Source of the DNA: Tepidisphaera sp.
GTDB lineage: Bacteria > Planctomycetota > Phycisphaerae > Phycisphaerales > UBA1924
DNA length: 64,000 bases
Reading direction: 5' to 3'
NCBI GenBank assembly: GCA_050916045.1
Contig: CP051526.1
Span: forward strand, 3,456,001 to 3,520,000
This document shows, piece after piece, positions 18,911 to 29,413 of this stretch; the stretch's first letter is position 1, and every line of letters begins with the position of its first letter. Under the pieces are notes generated by a model. It made no database searches and was not told the origin of the DNA. It saw only the letters and a list, made by a program, of their open reading frames with translations. The translations under genes were made by a program, and so were the position numbers.

Positions 18911-20278
18911 TCAGCGAGCGACCTCGGCGTTCTTTGGCCCGGCGGGGTCCCAGCCCGGCGGCGGGTCGAGAAGCTCGCGTCGTTCCTCGGCCGCTCTCGC
19001 GTACTCCAAGCCCGTCCAGAGCAGGCAGAGGTACATCGCAACCAGGCACCACCCCGTCCCGCCGATGGACCGCCACGTGTTGAGCGCCGGCTCGAACGAC
19101 TTCACGTTTCCCGGCGGCAGAAGCATGCCGGCGATCAGAGCCAGCACGCCCGCCGCGAGAACGCCGCGGAACACCCCGCGCCGGGGCACGAGAAGGACCG
19201 CCGCCGTCCAGACGAACATCGGAAGCAGGATGTACATGTGCCGAATCAGCGTCTGCGGGCCAAACGCGAGCACCGCGACCAGCAGCCCCGACCATTCCAG
19301 CGTCACCACGCGGGCCGTGAGGCTCTCCGTCTCCCGCTCGCCGCCGCGTGCCTGAAAGAGCGCAAGCCCGCGACGCCGGTAGATCCACCACGCCGCCGCG
19401 AGCGTCAGCCCCGCGATGCACACCGCCAGACCCAGAACCACCCGGTCGGCCGTCTCGGGCCCGAGGGTCTTGGCGATCCCGCTTGTGATAGAGATGCTCT
19501 TCTCCCAGCGGATGTCGTGCGTCTTGACAATCGGCCCTTCCGGAGCGACGCCCAGAAGCTTGGCAATCCCGCCAAACGCGATGCCCAGGTACTGCAGATT
19601 CGTCTTCCATCCGACGACGATCGCGGGGATCAAGGCGAAAGCGGCGGTCGAGACCGCGGTCGAAGCCGCGGCCGCCCAGCGGCGCCGGATCAGCAGATAA
19701 GGAACGACCACCAGCGCCTGATACTTGATGTTGGCGCCGAGCCCGATGAGCACGCCCGCAAGCAGCGGCTTGCGATCGAGCGCCGCGAGCGCGCCGACCA
19801 GACACAAAGCCACGATCGTGTCGGTCTGGCCCTCCTCGATCTCCTGCCGGATCGGCTCAAAACCGAGGATCAACGCCACGGCGGCGATGCCGATGAACGT
19901 GAGCTTCTCGCGGGGAATCCCAAGCCGCTTGACCGCGATCTGGAGCGAGAGCATCACCGTGCCCGCCACCATCAGGAGATTGACCCCCGCCCACGCAAGC
20001 TGGGCCGGACGCAGGTCGAACCCTGCCAGCGGGCGCAGCAGCATCGCCAGAAGCGGCGGATAGATGTACCCCCGCGTGTGCGACGCGTAAATGTCCTGCC
20101 CGAGCATCATCGCCCGGGCCGCGTGATAGAAATGCTCGAAGTCGCCCTTGCCAGGGTTGGCTTCCGTCGGTAAGCCGCGGAACGCCCGGAACGCGAAGTA
20201 CGACGCGACGGCGGCAACGACCAGACCCAGGACCCACGGGAGCACGTTGGCTCGGAAACGATCTCTCGCGTTCATCAT
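18911..20278 (-). CDS. GT-C membrane glycosyltransferase (GT87/DUF2029-like)
   Basis: GDFEHFY, YIYPPLLA, EGQTD and NIKY motifs with many TM helices. Start overlaps the upstream stop (ATGA). Confidence 0.8.
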   Translation of the reverse strand: MMNARDRFRANVLPWVLGLVVAAVASYFAFRAFRGLPTEANPGKGDFEHFYHAARAMMLGQDIYASHTRGYIYPPLLAMLLRPLAGFDLRPAQLAWAGVNLLMVAGTVMLSLQIAVKRLGIPREKLTFIGIAAVALILGFEPIRQEIEEGQTDTIVALCLVGALAALDRKPLLAGVLIGLGANIKYQALVVVPYLLIRRRWAAAASTAVSTAAFALIPAIVVGWKTNLQYLGIAFGGIAKLLGVAPEGPIVKTHDIRWEKSISITSGIAKTLGPETADRVVLGLAVCIAGLTLAAAWWIYRRRGLALFQARGGERETESLTARVVTLEWSGLLVAVLAFGPQTLIRHMYILLPMFVWTAAVLLVPRRGVFRGVLAAGVLALIAGMLLPPGNVKSFEPALNTWRSIGGTGWCLVAMYLCLLWTGLEYARAAEERRELLDPPPGWDPAGPKNAEVAR

Positions 20279-21144
20279 CCGCGGAGGGTACCAGACACGG
20301 TCGCTCCGCGATCCGTCCGCGACGCGCCCTCGGGCTTCAACTCGACCTGCGACGCGGCGAGCACGCGTTCGGCGCGACCGTCGCGCAGGAAACGCAAGCG
20401 GATCCGCGCCGCTTCCCTGAGCATCTTCAGTCCGTCGCGGATGGGATGCACGGTTCCCCCGTCCTTGTGCTCCCACGCGATGCCGACCTCGGAAAGCTTG
20501 CCCAGTCGGCTTGCGAGCAGCAGGTGCTCGAGATCGAACGCGAACCGGTCCTCGCGGCCGAGAGCGACCACGGCGCGGGCGGCGTCGGCGCGATACAGCT
20601 TGAACCCGCATTGCGTGTCGCGGAGCAGGTTCAGTCCGAGCATCCCGAGGGCCAGCCGGAAAATGCCGCCCGCGAACTTCCGGAAGAGCCGCGTCTGCAC
20701 CTGCGCGTCGCTGGTGTTCCGTGACCCGCAGACCATGACCACCGACGGGTCGTTCGTCCGCGGCCACAAACGCTCGACCTCGCGCACGCGGGCCGCGTTA
20801 TCGGCATCCATCATGAGGATCCACGCCCCGCTCGCGGCTTCAAGCCCCGTGCGCACCGCCGCGCCCTTGCCGCGATTGACCGGATGGCGAACAAGTGCCA
20901 CCCGCTTGAGGTTGCCCGTGGGAACTTCCGTCAGCGCGGGCGTCACGGCACTCACCGTGAGGTCCGGCGACCCGTCGTCGACCAGGATGATCTCGGCGGG
21001 AATGGAGCCACGTTCGAGTGTCGAGGTGAGGTCCGCCAGCGTGGGACCGATGCGGAAGACCTCGTTGTACATCGGGACCACGACCGACAACACCACCGCT
21101 GGCGCGGAGCCGGGCTTTGCGGCGGTCTGCGTCTTTAAGTCCAT
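20275..21144 (-). CDS. GT2 polyprenyl-phosphate glycosyltransferase (dolichyl-P-Glc synthase-like)
   Basis: LSVVVPMYNE, VDDGSPD, NRGKGAAVRTG, MDAD, DTQCGFKLY and FAFDLE. Confidence 0.9.
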   Translation of the reverse strand: MDLKTQTAAKPGSAPAVVLSVVVPMYNEVFRIGPTLADLTSTLERGSIPAEIILVDDGSPDLTVSAVTPALTEVPTGNLKRVALVRHPVNRGKGAAVRTGLEAASGAWILMMDADNAARVREVERLWPRTNDPSVVMVCGSRNTSDAQVQTRLFRKFAGGIFRLALGMLGLNLLRDTQCGFKLYRADAARAVVALGREDRFAFDLEHLLLASRLGKLSEVGIAWEHKDGGTVHPIRDGLKMLREAARIRLRFLRDGRAERVLAASQVELKPEGASRTDRGATVSGTLRG

Positions 21145-21266
21145 TCAAAGCAAGGATATGCGCCATCCCGGGACCAAACCCGAAGGCGTCGCGGTTTCCC
21201 GTACCGGCGTCCCTACGCTCCACGGGATGCCGTCGCTATCGCGGAACTCCCACTGGAGCGATTCAC

Positions 21267-21443
21267 ATGGCAGTACAGCGAGGATCCGGACCGGGACGCA
21301 ACGACCTTTCCGGCTCCAAGGGCCAGAAGCAGCGGTCCGACCGCGCTGCCAAGCCCAGCGGCAGCCGCGTGGAGCCCTCGCACACCAAGGCGCAGGGAAA
21401 GTCCGGCGCCGGCAAGGTGAGCAAGAAGTCCGGCAAGAAGTAG
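21267..21443 (+). CDS. Small Lys/Ser/Gly-rich basic protein
   Basis: 58 aa MAVQRGSG...KVSKKSGKK with GGAG SD. Confidence 0.55.
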   Translation: MAVQRGSGPGRNDLSGSKGQKQRSDRAAKPSGSRVEPSHTKAQGKSGAGKVSKKSGKK

Positions 21444-21501
21444 CGGCCGATCGCCCGCATGGGAACGTCCGACCGGCGCGCTTTGCGGTACAGTGGTCCG
21501 C

Positions 21502-23475
21502 GTGAAGGATTCACGGCTTTCTTCGAGCACGTGGCGGGTTCCCGGACGGACGAAATCGCTTTGCGCGGCGTTCGTGCTGGTGGTCTTGGGGATCGGGCTT
21601 CTCAACCCGGCGTTCTTCTCGCTGGCAAGCCTGACGGGCTTTCTTTCCTCGATCGCGCCGATCGTGATCATCGCGATCGGCTTGGGGTTGGTGGTGCTGG
21701 CGGGGGAGATCGACATCTCCGTGGGATCGCTCTACGGCACGCTCGCGGCGCTGCTCGCGGTTCTGGCGTCGCCGAGTCACGCGGGCTGGCCGGTCGTTCC
21801 GTCCGTGGGACTGGTGATCGCGGCCGGGGCTCTGGCCGGCGGGATCAACGGCGTACTCACGGTGTACGGGCGGATCCCGTCGATCGTCGCGACGCTGGGC
21901 ACGATGTCGGTCCTTCGCGGGGTGACGGAGCAGATCCTGAGCGGAGAGTGGGTGACGGATCTTCCGCCGGGGCTTCGCGTGCTGGGCACGGGCTCGATCG
22001 GGAACCTGCCGACCTCGGCGTGGGTGGCGGCAGCGGTGGTCTTCGCGGGGTGGAGGCTGACGCGGCGCACGCGGCTTGGCGTTCACCTGTACGCGACCGG
22101 GGATTCACCGCTGGCGGCGCGGTTCGCCCGCGTGAACACCAAGCTCGTCAAGCTTGCCGCGTTTGCGATGTCGGGGGCTTTGGTCGGTGTCGCAGTGGTC
22201 TTCAGCGTGCCGCAGCTCTCGGTGGTCGAATCCGGACTCGGCGTCGGTCTTGAGCTTGCGGCGGTGACGGCGATCGTTGTGGGCGGGGTCTCGATCTCGG
22301 GAGGGCGTGGGTCGCTCGTGGGCGTCGCGGCGGCGGCGGCGCTGCTTGGGCTTGTCCGTCCCGCGCTGATCTACGTGCCCCGAGCGTTCTCGCCCGAGGG
22401 ATCCGCCGCGGGCAACGGCGCGGGCATCGCTTCGTGGGAGCAAGCCATCCACGGCGGGTGCATCCTCCTCGCGGTCGCGCTCGACCGCTCGAACGCGTCC
22501 AAGGCCGCTCCCTCGGTTGATCACGCCGCCGTGAGAAGCTCGCCGCCATGGGGATTGGCGATTCTGCTGCTCGCCGTGCTGGCGTGGGCCCGCTGGGTAT
22601 CGCCCGAGTTCATGACCGTAAGCACCCAGGCGCAGCTTGCTCCGCAGCTCGCGGAGGTCGGGCTTCTGGCGGTTGCGATGACGCTGGTCCTCCTCACGGG
22701 AGGGATCGATCTCTCCGTGGGTTCGGCCATGGCGCTTGCGGCGGTCGCGGCGGGGCTCGCTCACGAAGCGGGGGCACCCCCGCTTGTCGCGGCGACGGCG
22801 GCGCTCGCGACGGGCGCGGCGTGCGGGATGGTCAACGGCCTGTTCATCACGCGGGGCAGCGTCCACCCGCTGGTGGTCACGCTCGCGACGCTCGCTCTGT
22901 TCCGCGGGCTCGCGCTGGGCGTCAGCGGCGGGCGGCCGATCTCGGGCTTTCCCGCGAGCTGGACCGATCTCGGCACGCAGCGTCTGCTCGGGGTGCCCGT
23001 CGTGCTGATCCCGGCGCTCGCGGCGGCCATGCTGGTGATCTTCGCGCTCGCCCGAACCTCAAGCGGCTTGGCTCTGCGGGCGACTGGCGTGAACGAGACC
23101 GCGGCGCGATACTGCGGCCTTGCGGTCGATCGTCTCAAGCTCTCCGCGTACGCGCTGGCCGGAGCCGCTTCCGGCCTCGCCGCATGCCTGTTCATCGCCC
23201 GGCGCAACACGGCGAAAGCCGACATCGGCGTGGGGATCGAGCTTGAGGTGATCACCGCGTGCGTGCTGGGGGGCGTCAGCCTGGCGGGGGGCAAGGGGGG
23301 CGTGGGCGGCGTGATGCTCGGCGTCGTACTTCTCCACGAGATCCGCCAGTTTGCCGCGTGGCGCGGGTACAGTGACGATCTCATCCTGATCGTGCTGGGC
23401 GCGGTGCTGATCGCGAGCGTCCTGGCTTCCCAGATCCGCTTCCCTGCGCTCTTTCCCAAGAGGAAATCACCATGA
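21502..23475 (+). CDS. Fused double-domain monosaccharide ABC permease (RhaP/RhaQ- or LsrC/LsrD-like)
   Basis: Two copies of the permease motifs: GEIDISVGS and GGIDLSVGS; LELAAVTAIVVGG and IELEVITACVLGG. Confidence 0.85.
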   Translation: MKDSRLSSSTWRVPGRTKSLCAAFVLVVLGIGLLNPAFFSLASLTGFLSSIAPIVIIAIGLGLVVLAGEIDISVGSLYGTLAALLAVLASPSHAGWPVVPSVGLVIAAGALAGGINGVLTVYGRIPSIVATLGTMSVLRGVTEQILSGEWVTDLPPGLRVLGTGSIGNLPTSAWVAAAVVFAGWRLTRRTRLGVHLYATGDSPLAARFARVNTKLVKLAAFAMSGALVGVAVVFSVPQLSVVESGLGVGLELAAVTAIVVGGVSISGGRGSLVGVAAAAALLGLVRPALIYVPRAFSPEGSAAGNGAGIASWEQAIHGGCILLAVALDRSNASKAAPSVDHAAVRSSPPWGLAILLLAVLAWARWVSPEFMTVSTQAQLAPQLAEVGLLAVAMTLVLLTGGIDLSVGSAMALAAVAAGLAHEAGAPPLVAATAALATGAACGMVNGLFITRGSVHPLVVTLATLALFRGLALGVSGGRPISGFPASWTDLGTQRLLGVPVVLIPALAAAMLVIFALARTSSGLALRATGVNETAARYCGLAVDRLKLSAYALAGAASGLAACLFIARRNTAKADIGVGIELEVITACVLGGVSLAGGKGGVGGVMLGVVLLHEIRQFAAWRGYSDDLILIVLGAVLIASVLASQIRFPALFPKRKSP

Positions 23476-24539
23476 ATCACGCTTGTCTCGGTCGCTTCGC
23501 CCGCCGGATTTTCCTCTCGCTCGCGCTGGGCTCGGCTTTCGCGCTGGCTGCGTGCGACAACAAGCCGGGCGCTCCGGCACCCAAGCCCTCCGACAAGCCG
23601 GCGGCCGGTCCCGCTTCGGGCAAGCCGCTCAAGGTCGGCCTGCTTCCCAAGAAGAAAGGCGTCCCGTACTTCACCTCCTGCGCCAAAGGAGCCGAGGAAG
23701 CCGCCAAGGAACTCGGCATCGAGCTCGTCTACGACGGCCCCACCGACGGCTCGGCCGAAAAAGCCGCTTCCATGATCGAGCGCTGGACCGCCCAGGGCTT
23801 TGACGTCATCGCCGTCAGCCCCAACGACCCGAGCGTCCTCGCCCCGGCGATGAAAGCCGCCCGCGCCAAGGGCATCCACGTCATCACCTGGGACGCCGAC
23901 GGAGATGCCGACGCCCGCTCGTTCATGGTCAGCCAAGCCACCTCGCAGGAGATCGGCTTCGCTCTCGTCGACACCATGGTCAAGGACCTCGGCGGTCCCG
24001 AGAAAGCCGCAGGCGACTTCGCGATCGTCACCGCTTCCCTCACCGCCGCCAATCAGAACGAGTGGATCTCGTTCATGAAGGAACGCCTCAAGACCTACCC
24101 CACACTCAACCTCGTCGAGATCAAGCCCTCCGACGAGAAGCAGCCCGTCGCGTTCCAAGCCACCAAGGACATGATCGCCGCTTACCCCAAGCTCCGCGGA
24201 GTCTGGGGCATCAGCAGCGTCTCCTTCCCCGCCGCCGCCGAAGCCATCAAGCAGTCCGGCAAAGCAGGCCAGATCCTCGTCACCGGACTCTCAACCCCCA
24301 ACGACATGAAGCCCGCCGTCAAGGACGGCACCGTCGCTTCCGTCATCCTCTGGAACACCGTCGACCTCGGCTACCTCACCATCCACGCCGCCCACGCCGC
24401 CGCCAAGGGAGACCTCAAGCCCGGAAGCACGACCCTCAAAGCCGGCCGCCTCGGCGAGAAGAAGATCGACGGCGACAAAATCCTCCTCGGCGACATCCTC
24501 GTCTTCACCAAGGACAACATCGATCAGTTTGACTTCTGA
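23472..24539 (+). CDS. Sugar/AI-2 ABC substrate-binding lipoprotein (RhaS/LsrB-like)
   Basis: Lipobox LAAC; PKKKGVPYF, VITWDAD, TAANQNEW and ILWNTVDLGY. Confidence 0.85.
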   Translation: MNHACLGRFARRIFLSLALGSAFALAACDNKPGAPAPKPSDKPAAGPASGKPLKVGLLPKKKGVPYFTSCAKGAEEAAKELGIELVYDGPTDGSAEKAASMIERWTAQGFDVIAVSPNDPSVLAPAMKAARAKGIHVITWDADGDADARSFMVSQATSQEIGFALVDTMVKDLGGPEKAAGDFAIVTASLTAANQNEWISFMKERLKTYPTLNLVEIKPSDEKQPVAFQATKDMIAAYPKLRGVWGISSVSFPAAAEAIKQSGKAGQILVTGLSTPNDMKPAVKDGTVASVILWNTVDLGYLTIHAAHAAAKGDLKPGSTTLKAGRLGEKKIDGDKILLGDILVFTKDNIDQFDF

Positions 24540-25702
24540 TGTTCATCGCCCAGGCCCATTCCTTCACGCAGCAAGCACGCCTTGCGATCACCCTCGCGTG
24601 GGTCGCGGGGTTCACGAACATCATCGCCGTCCTGACCTGCGGGCATGTGGTTTCCCACGCTTCGGGCACGGCTTCGGACCTGGGCCGCTTTGCGGTGACC
24701 CAATCCTGGAACCCGCTCGCGTTCGCCTGCTTCCTGCTTCTGACGTTCCTCGCGGGTGCGATCCTGTCTGGATTCACGACCGAGCTGGGTCGGCGTCGCG
24801 GCTGGGAGTCGATGTACGTTCTGCCGATGGTGCTTCAGGCGCTCCTTCTGACCGGCTTTGCCGCGATGGTGAACCTTCACGAGACCGACGCGACCGAAAC
24901 CGGAGCCCGGCTTTTCGTCATGACCGGCCTGGCATCGGCGGCGATGGGGCTTCAGAACGCGACGATCACGCGGATCTCTTCCGGTGTCGTCCGGACGACA
25001 CACGTCACGGGTGTCCTGACCGACCTGGGCACCGAGCTTGTCCAGTTCCTCTGGTTCCTTCGCGACGCGCGGCGCAGGGGCGGCTCCGCCCGACAGGTCC
25101 TGCTCGAGATGCGCAAGCACCAGGGGTCCCGGCGGCTCGCGCTCCTGGCGTCCATCCTCCTCTCCTTCGCGGTCGGAGCAGGTCTGGCCACCCTCGCATA
25201 CACCCACGCCCATCGGCTCGCCATGTTCCCGCCGGTCCTCTTCCTCCTCTGGATCATCGCGCAGGACCTCCGGCGGCCCATCGCGGAGATCGAACCCGCC
25301 GAGATCACAGCCGATCTGGGCTTGGAGCTGCCTCCCGGCCTGCTGGTCGTCCACCTGAAACACGATTCGGACCGCCCGGGCGCGGTGCAGCGTCTGCCGG
25401 ACCTGATGGCGTGGCTGGACCGCCTCACCCCCACGGCCCGGGTGATCGTCCTTGATCTGGACAAAGTCACACGGATGGATGAGGACTCCGCGCTCGAGCT
25501 TCGGGCCGCGCTCCGCCGTTCCAAAGCTGAGGGCCGCCGACTGATCCTGGCCGGCATCTCCCCCGCCGAGTTCCGCGAGCTTTCCAAAGCAGGGACTGAA
25601 AGCCTCGACCCCCTCTCCGCCTGCACCGACCTCGAACTCGCCATCGCCCGCGGGATGGGCCTTCTTGCACATCTTGACGGCGAAACCGCCCCCAAAGTTT
25701 GA
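24539..25702 (+). CDS. DUF1275 (YoaK-like) membrane protein with C-terminal STAS-like domain
   Basis: [21 protein letters not shown] and VRTTHVTG; C-terminal [20 protein letters not shown]...RRLILAG. Confidence 0.75.
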   Translation: MFIAQAHSFTQQARLAITLAWVAGFTNIIAVLTCGHVVSHASGTASDLGRFAVTQSWNPLAFACFLLLTFLAGAILSGFTTELGRRRGWESMYVLPMVLQALLLTGFAAMVNLHETDATETGARLFVMTGLASAAMGLQNATITRISSGVVRTTHVTGVLTDLGTELVQFLWFLRDARRRGGSARQVLLEMRKHQGSRRLALLASILLSFAVGAGLATLAYTHAHRLAMFPPVLFLLWIIAQDLRRPIAEIEPAEITADLGLELPPGLLVVHLKHDSDRPGAVQRLPDLMAWLDRLTPTARVIVLDLDKVTRMDEDSALELRAALRRSKAEGRRLILAGISPAEFRELSKAGTESLDPLSACTDLELAIARGMGLLAHLDGETAPKV

Positions 25703-25832
25703 GGGTGACGCGGCGGCGGTCTATGCTGTGGAAGTTTGCGCCGATCGGCACGGATCGCGAGGGCGAAAGTGCCCAAGCGGCACCGTTCCCGCTCTGTTCC
25801 ACCGACCTCCGACCGTCTCCGAAGGGGCCACG

Positions 25833-28800
25833 ATGCCGAAACGCACCGACATCAAAACCATCCTCGTCATCGGCTCCGGGCCCATCGTCATCGGCCAGGG
25901 ATGCGAGTTCGACTACTCCGGCACCCAGGCGTGCAAAGCCCTCAAACAAGAGGGGTACCGGATCGTCCTCGTCAACTCCAACCCAGCCACCATCATGACC
26001 GATCCGGCTTTCTCGGATCGCACCTACATCGAGCCCATCAACGCCGAAGCCGTCCGCAAGATCATCGAACTCGAGAACTCCCGCGCCGAGCAGGGCCTCC
26101 CCGGATACGCCCGCATCGACGCCGTCCTCCCCACCCTCGGAGGTCAGACCGCCCTCAACGTCGCCTGCAAGCTCTGGGACGACGGCACGCTGACCGAGTT
26201 CGGCGTCGAGATGATCGGAGCCAACCGCGAAGTCATCCACCGCGCCGAGGACCGCCAGATCTTCAAGGAGATCTGCGAGAAGATCGGCCTGAGGCTCCCC
26301 AAAGCCAAGACCGTCAACACCATCGAAGACGCGATGGACTTCCAGCGGGAGATCGGCCTCCCCGCCATCATCCGTCCCGCCTTCACCCTCGGCGGCACCG
26401 GCGGCGGCATCGCTTACAACCTTGAGGAGTTCCGCGAGATCTGCACCCGAGGCCTCGCCGCTTCGATGATCGGTCAGATCCAGATCGACCAGTCCGTCAT
26501 CGGCTGGAAGGAATACGAGCTCGAAGTCGTCCGCGACAAGAAGGACAACTGCATCATCGTCTGCGGCATCGAGAACATCGACGCCATGGGCGTGCACACC
26601 GGCGACTCCGTGACCGTCGCTCCGATCCTGACGCTCACCGACAAGGAATACCAGCAGATGCGCGACGCCGCGTTCGCCATCATGCGAGCGGTCGGCGTCG
26701 AGACCGGCGGGTCCAACGTCCAGTTCGGCGTCAACCCCAACCCCAAGCCCGGCCCCGACGGCAAAAAGCCCTTCGAGATGGTCGTCATCGAGATGAACCC
26801 GCGCGTCTCGCGGTCCTCGGCGCTGGCTTCCAAAGCCACCGGGTTCCCCATCGCCAAGATCGCCGCCAAACTCGCCGTCGGTTACACCCTCGACGAACTC
26901 AAAAACGACATCACCGGCACGACCTCGGCCTGCTTTGAGCCCACGATCGACTACGTCGTGACCAAGATGCCCCGGTGGACGTTCGAGAAGTTCCCCGACG
27001 CCGACGAGACGCTCACGACGCAGATGAAATCCGTCGGCGAAGCGATGGCGATCGGCCGCACGTTCAAGGAGAGCTTCCAGAAGGTCATCCGCTCGATGGA
27101 CATCAAGCGGTTCGGCCTGGGCCTGGACCGCAACGACAAGTGGCTCACCGCGATGCGAGCGGTCGAGCATGGACAGCTCGTGCTCGATGTGATGGGGAAC
27201 CCCGCGGCTCCCGCCACCAAGAAAACGGACGAGTCCAGCCCCACCGGCCTCCGAACCGCCGACGGCTCGCCGATCGAGTGGCCCATCCCCTCCGACAAGC
27301 TCAGCCGCAAGCTCGCCGTGCCGAGCCAGGGCCGGTTGTACTACGTCCGCTACGCGATGAAGATGGGCTGGTCGATCGAGAAGATCCACGGCCTCACGCA
27401 CATCGACCCTTTCTTCCTCGACCAGATCCAGCAGCTCGTCCAGTTCGAGGAGATCCTCTGCAACTACCGCAAGCTCGCGGATGTGCCCGCCGAAGTCCTC
27501 TTCGAAGCCAAGCAGCTCGGCTACTCCGACGCTCAGCTCGCGTGCTTGTACCTCGGCAAGATCACGCCCGAGACCATCCTCGAAGTCCGTGAGCATCGCA
27601 AACGCCTCGGCATCGAGCCCGTCTACAAGCTCGTCGATACCTGCGCGGCCGAGTTCGAAGCCGTCACCCCGTACTACTACTCGACGTACGAGCGCGGCGC
27701 GGACGGCGCCTCGGCCTATCGCGGCGACGACGAGATCCGCATCACCGACAAGAAGAAGGTCGTCATCCTTGGCGGCGGCCCCAACCGCATCGGCCAAGGG
27801 ATCGAGTTCGACTACTGCTGCGTCCACGCGGCTTTTGCAGCCAAGGACCTCGGGTTCGAATCGGTGATGATCAACTCCAACCCGGAGACGGTCTCGACCG
27901 ATTACGACACGAGCGACCTTCTCTTCTTCGAGCCGCTGACGCTTGAAGACACGGTCAACATCATCGAGCGACTCAACGGGCAGTCACTCTCGCGCGGCAA
28001 GCCCGCCCACCGCGTCCACGGCACCATCGTCCAGTTCGGCGGCCAAACGCCCCTCAATCTCGCTCACGGCCTCGTGCTCGCGGGTGTGCCCATCATCGGC
28101 ACCTCCGTCGACTCGATCGACCTCGCCGAGGACCGCGACCGGTTCGACAAGGTGCTCGAAAAGCTCCACCTCCACCGCCCGCCCGCCGGCATCGCCCGCT
28201 CCATCGAGGAAGCGGTCACCATCGCCAACCGCATCGGCTACCCCGTGCTTCTCCGCCCCAGCTACGTCCTCGGCGGCCGCGGCATGGAGATCTGTAGCGA
28301 CGAGAAAGCCATCCGCGCCTTTATCCAGAACGCTCTCAAGGTCTCCGACCTCGACGGTGCCCCGGTCCTCATCGACAAGTTCCTCTCCTCCGCCACCGAG
28401 GTCGATGTCGATGTCGTCGCCGACGGCGAGACGGCGATCATCTCCGGCGTCATGGAGCACATCGAGCACGCCGGCATCCACTCGGGCGACTCGGCGATGT
28501 CGATCCCCGCGTACAGCCTCAAACCCGCCCTGATCACCGAGATCAAACGCATCGGCACGTCGCTCGCCAAAGAACTCGGCGTCCGCGGCCTCATGAACCT
28601 CCAGCTCGCCATCAAGCACGACGACACCAAGCCCGACGGCAGCGGCGACAAAGCCTACATCCTCGAGGTCAACCCCCGCGCCAGCCGCACCGTCCCCTTC
28701 ATCTCCAAAGCCGTGCACGTCCCCTGGCCCGCCATCGCCGCCAAGATCATGATGGGCAAGACCCTCAAGGAACTGGGCGCGAAAGAGACCACCCTCCTCA

Positions 28801-29378
28801 ACGCCTACGCCGTCAAAGAGTCCGTCTTCCCCTTCGCCAAGTTCCCCGGCGTCGACTTCGTCCTCGGCCCCGAGATGCGGTCCACCGGCGAGGTCATGGG
28901 CATCGACAAGTCCTTCCCCATCGCGTTCGCCAAAAGCCAGATGGCCGGCGGCATGGACATCCCCACCGACCCCAAGCGCGGCGGCATCTTCGTCTCCGTC
29001 CGCGATGAGGACAAGCAGGAGATCGTCGGCGCGGTCCGCACCCTCGCCGCCATCGGGTTCACCATCTACGCCACCGGCGGCACCGCCGACGCTCTGCAAG
29101 CCGCGGGCATCCCCGTCTCATTGCTCCAGAAGATCGCGACCGGCGCCCGCCCCAACGTGCTTGACCTGATGGCCAACAAGCAGCTCGCCCTGATCATCAA
29201 CACCCCGACCAAGACCGGCTACCTGACGGACGAGGGCAAGATCCGCGCCACCGCCGTCCGCCTCAACATCCCGATGATCTCGACCATGCCCGCGGCGCAC
29301 GCGATCGCCCGCGCGATCGTCGCCCTCCGCGAGACCGGCTGGGGCGTCGCGGCTCTCCAGGATTACGCGAGCACGTGA
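25833..29378 (+). CDS. carB: Carbamoyl-phosphate synthase large subunit
   Basis: [30 protein letters not shown], two ATP-grasp halves and an MGS-like C-terminus. Confidence 0.98.
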   Translation: MPKRTDIKTILVIGSGPIVIGQGCEFDYSGTQACKALKQEGYRIVLVNSNPATIMTDPAFSDRTYIEPINAEAVRKIIELENSRAEQGLPGYARIDAVLPTLGGQTALNVACKLWDDGTLTEFGVEMIGANREVIHRAEDRQIFKEICEKIGLRLPKAKTVNTIEDAMDFQREIGLPAIIRPAFTLGGTGGGIAYNLEEFREICTRGLAASMIGQIQIDQSVIGWKEYELEVVRDKKDNCIIVCGIENIDAMGVHTGDSVTVAPILTLTDKEYQQMRDAAFAIMRAVGVETGGSNVQFGVNPNPKPGPDGKKPFEMVVIEMNPRVSRSSALASKATGFPIAKIAAKLAVGYTLDELKNDITGTTSACFEPTIDYVVTKMPRWTFEKFPDADETLTTQMKSVGEAMAIGRTFKESFQKVIRSMDIKRFGLGLDRNDKWLTAMRAVEHGQLVLDVMGNPAAPATKKTDESSPTGLRTADGSPIEWPIPSDKLSRKLAVPSQGRLYYVRYAMKMGWSIEKIHGLTHIDPFFLDQIQQLVQFEEILCNYRKLADVPAEVLFEAKQLGYSDAQLACLYLGKITPETILEVREHRKRLGIEPVYKLVDTCAAEFEAVTPYYYSTYERGADGASAYRGDDEIRITDKKKVVILGGGPNRIGQGIEFDYCCVHAAFAAKDLGFESVMINSNPETVSTDYDTSDLLFFEPLTLEDTVNIIERLNGQSLSRGKPAHRVHGTIVQFGGQTPLNLAHGLVLAGVPIIGTSVDSIDLAEDRDRFDKVLEKLHLHRPPAGIARSIEEAVTIANRIGYPVLLRPSYVLGGRGMEICSDEKAIRAFIQNALKVSDLDGAPVLIDKFLSSATEVDVDVVADGETAIISGVMEHIEHAGIHSGDSAMSIPAYSLKPALITEIKRIGTSLAKELGVRGLMNLQLAIKHDDTKPDGSGDKAYILEVNPRASRTVPFISKAVHVPWPAIAAKIMMGKTLKELGAKETTLLNAYAVKESVFPFAKFPGVDFVLGPEMRSTGEVMGIDKSFPIAFAKSQMAGGMDIPTDPKRGGIFVSVRDEDKQEIVGAVRTLAAIGFTIYATGGTADALQAAGIPVSLLQKIATGARPNVLDLMANKQLALIINTPTKTGYLTDEGKIRATAVRLNIPMISTMPAAHAIARAIVALRETGWGVAALQDYAST

Positions 29379-29385
29379 TCTCCCC

Positions 29386-29408
29386 GTAGCATGGGCTTCC
29401 AGCCCATG
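29386..29408 (+). repeat. GTAG-type REP-like palindrome / terminator
   Basis: GTAG-CATGGGCT-tcc-AGCCCATG followed by TTTTCTT, between convergent genes. Confidence 0.55.
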
Positions 29409-29413
29409 TTTTC

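Noticed and set aside
25467..29099. 786-aa and 371-aa minus-strand ORFs
   Set aside because: Antisense shadows of carB.
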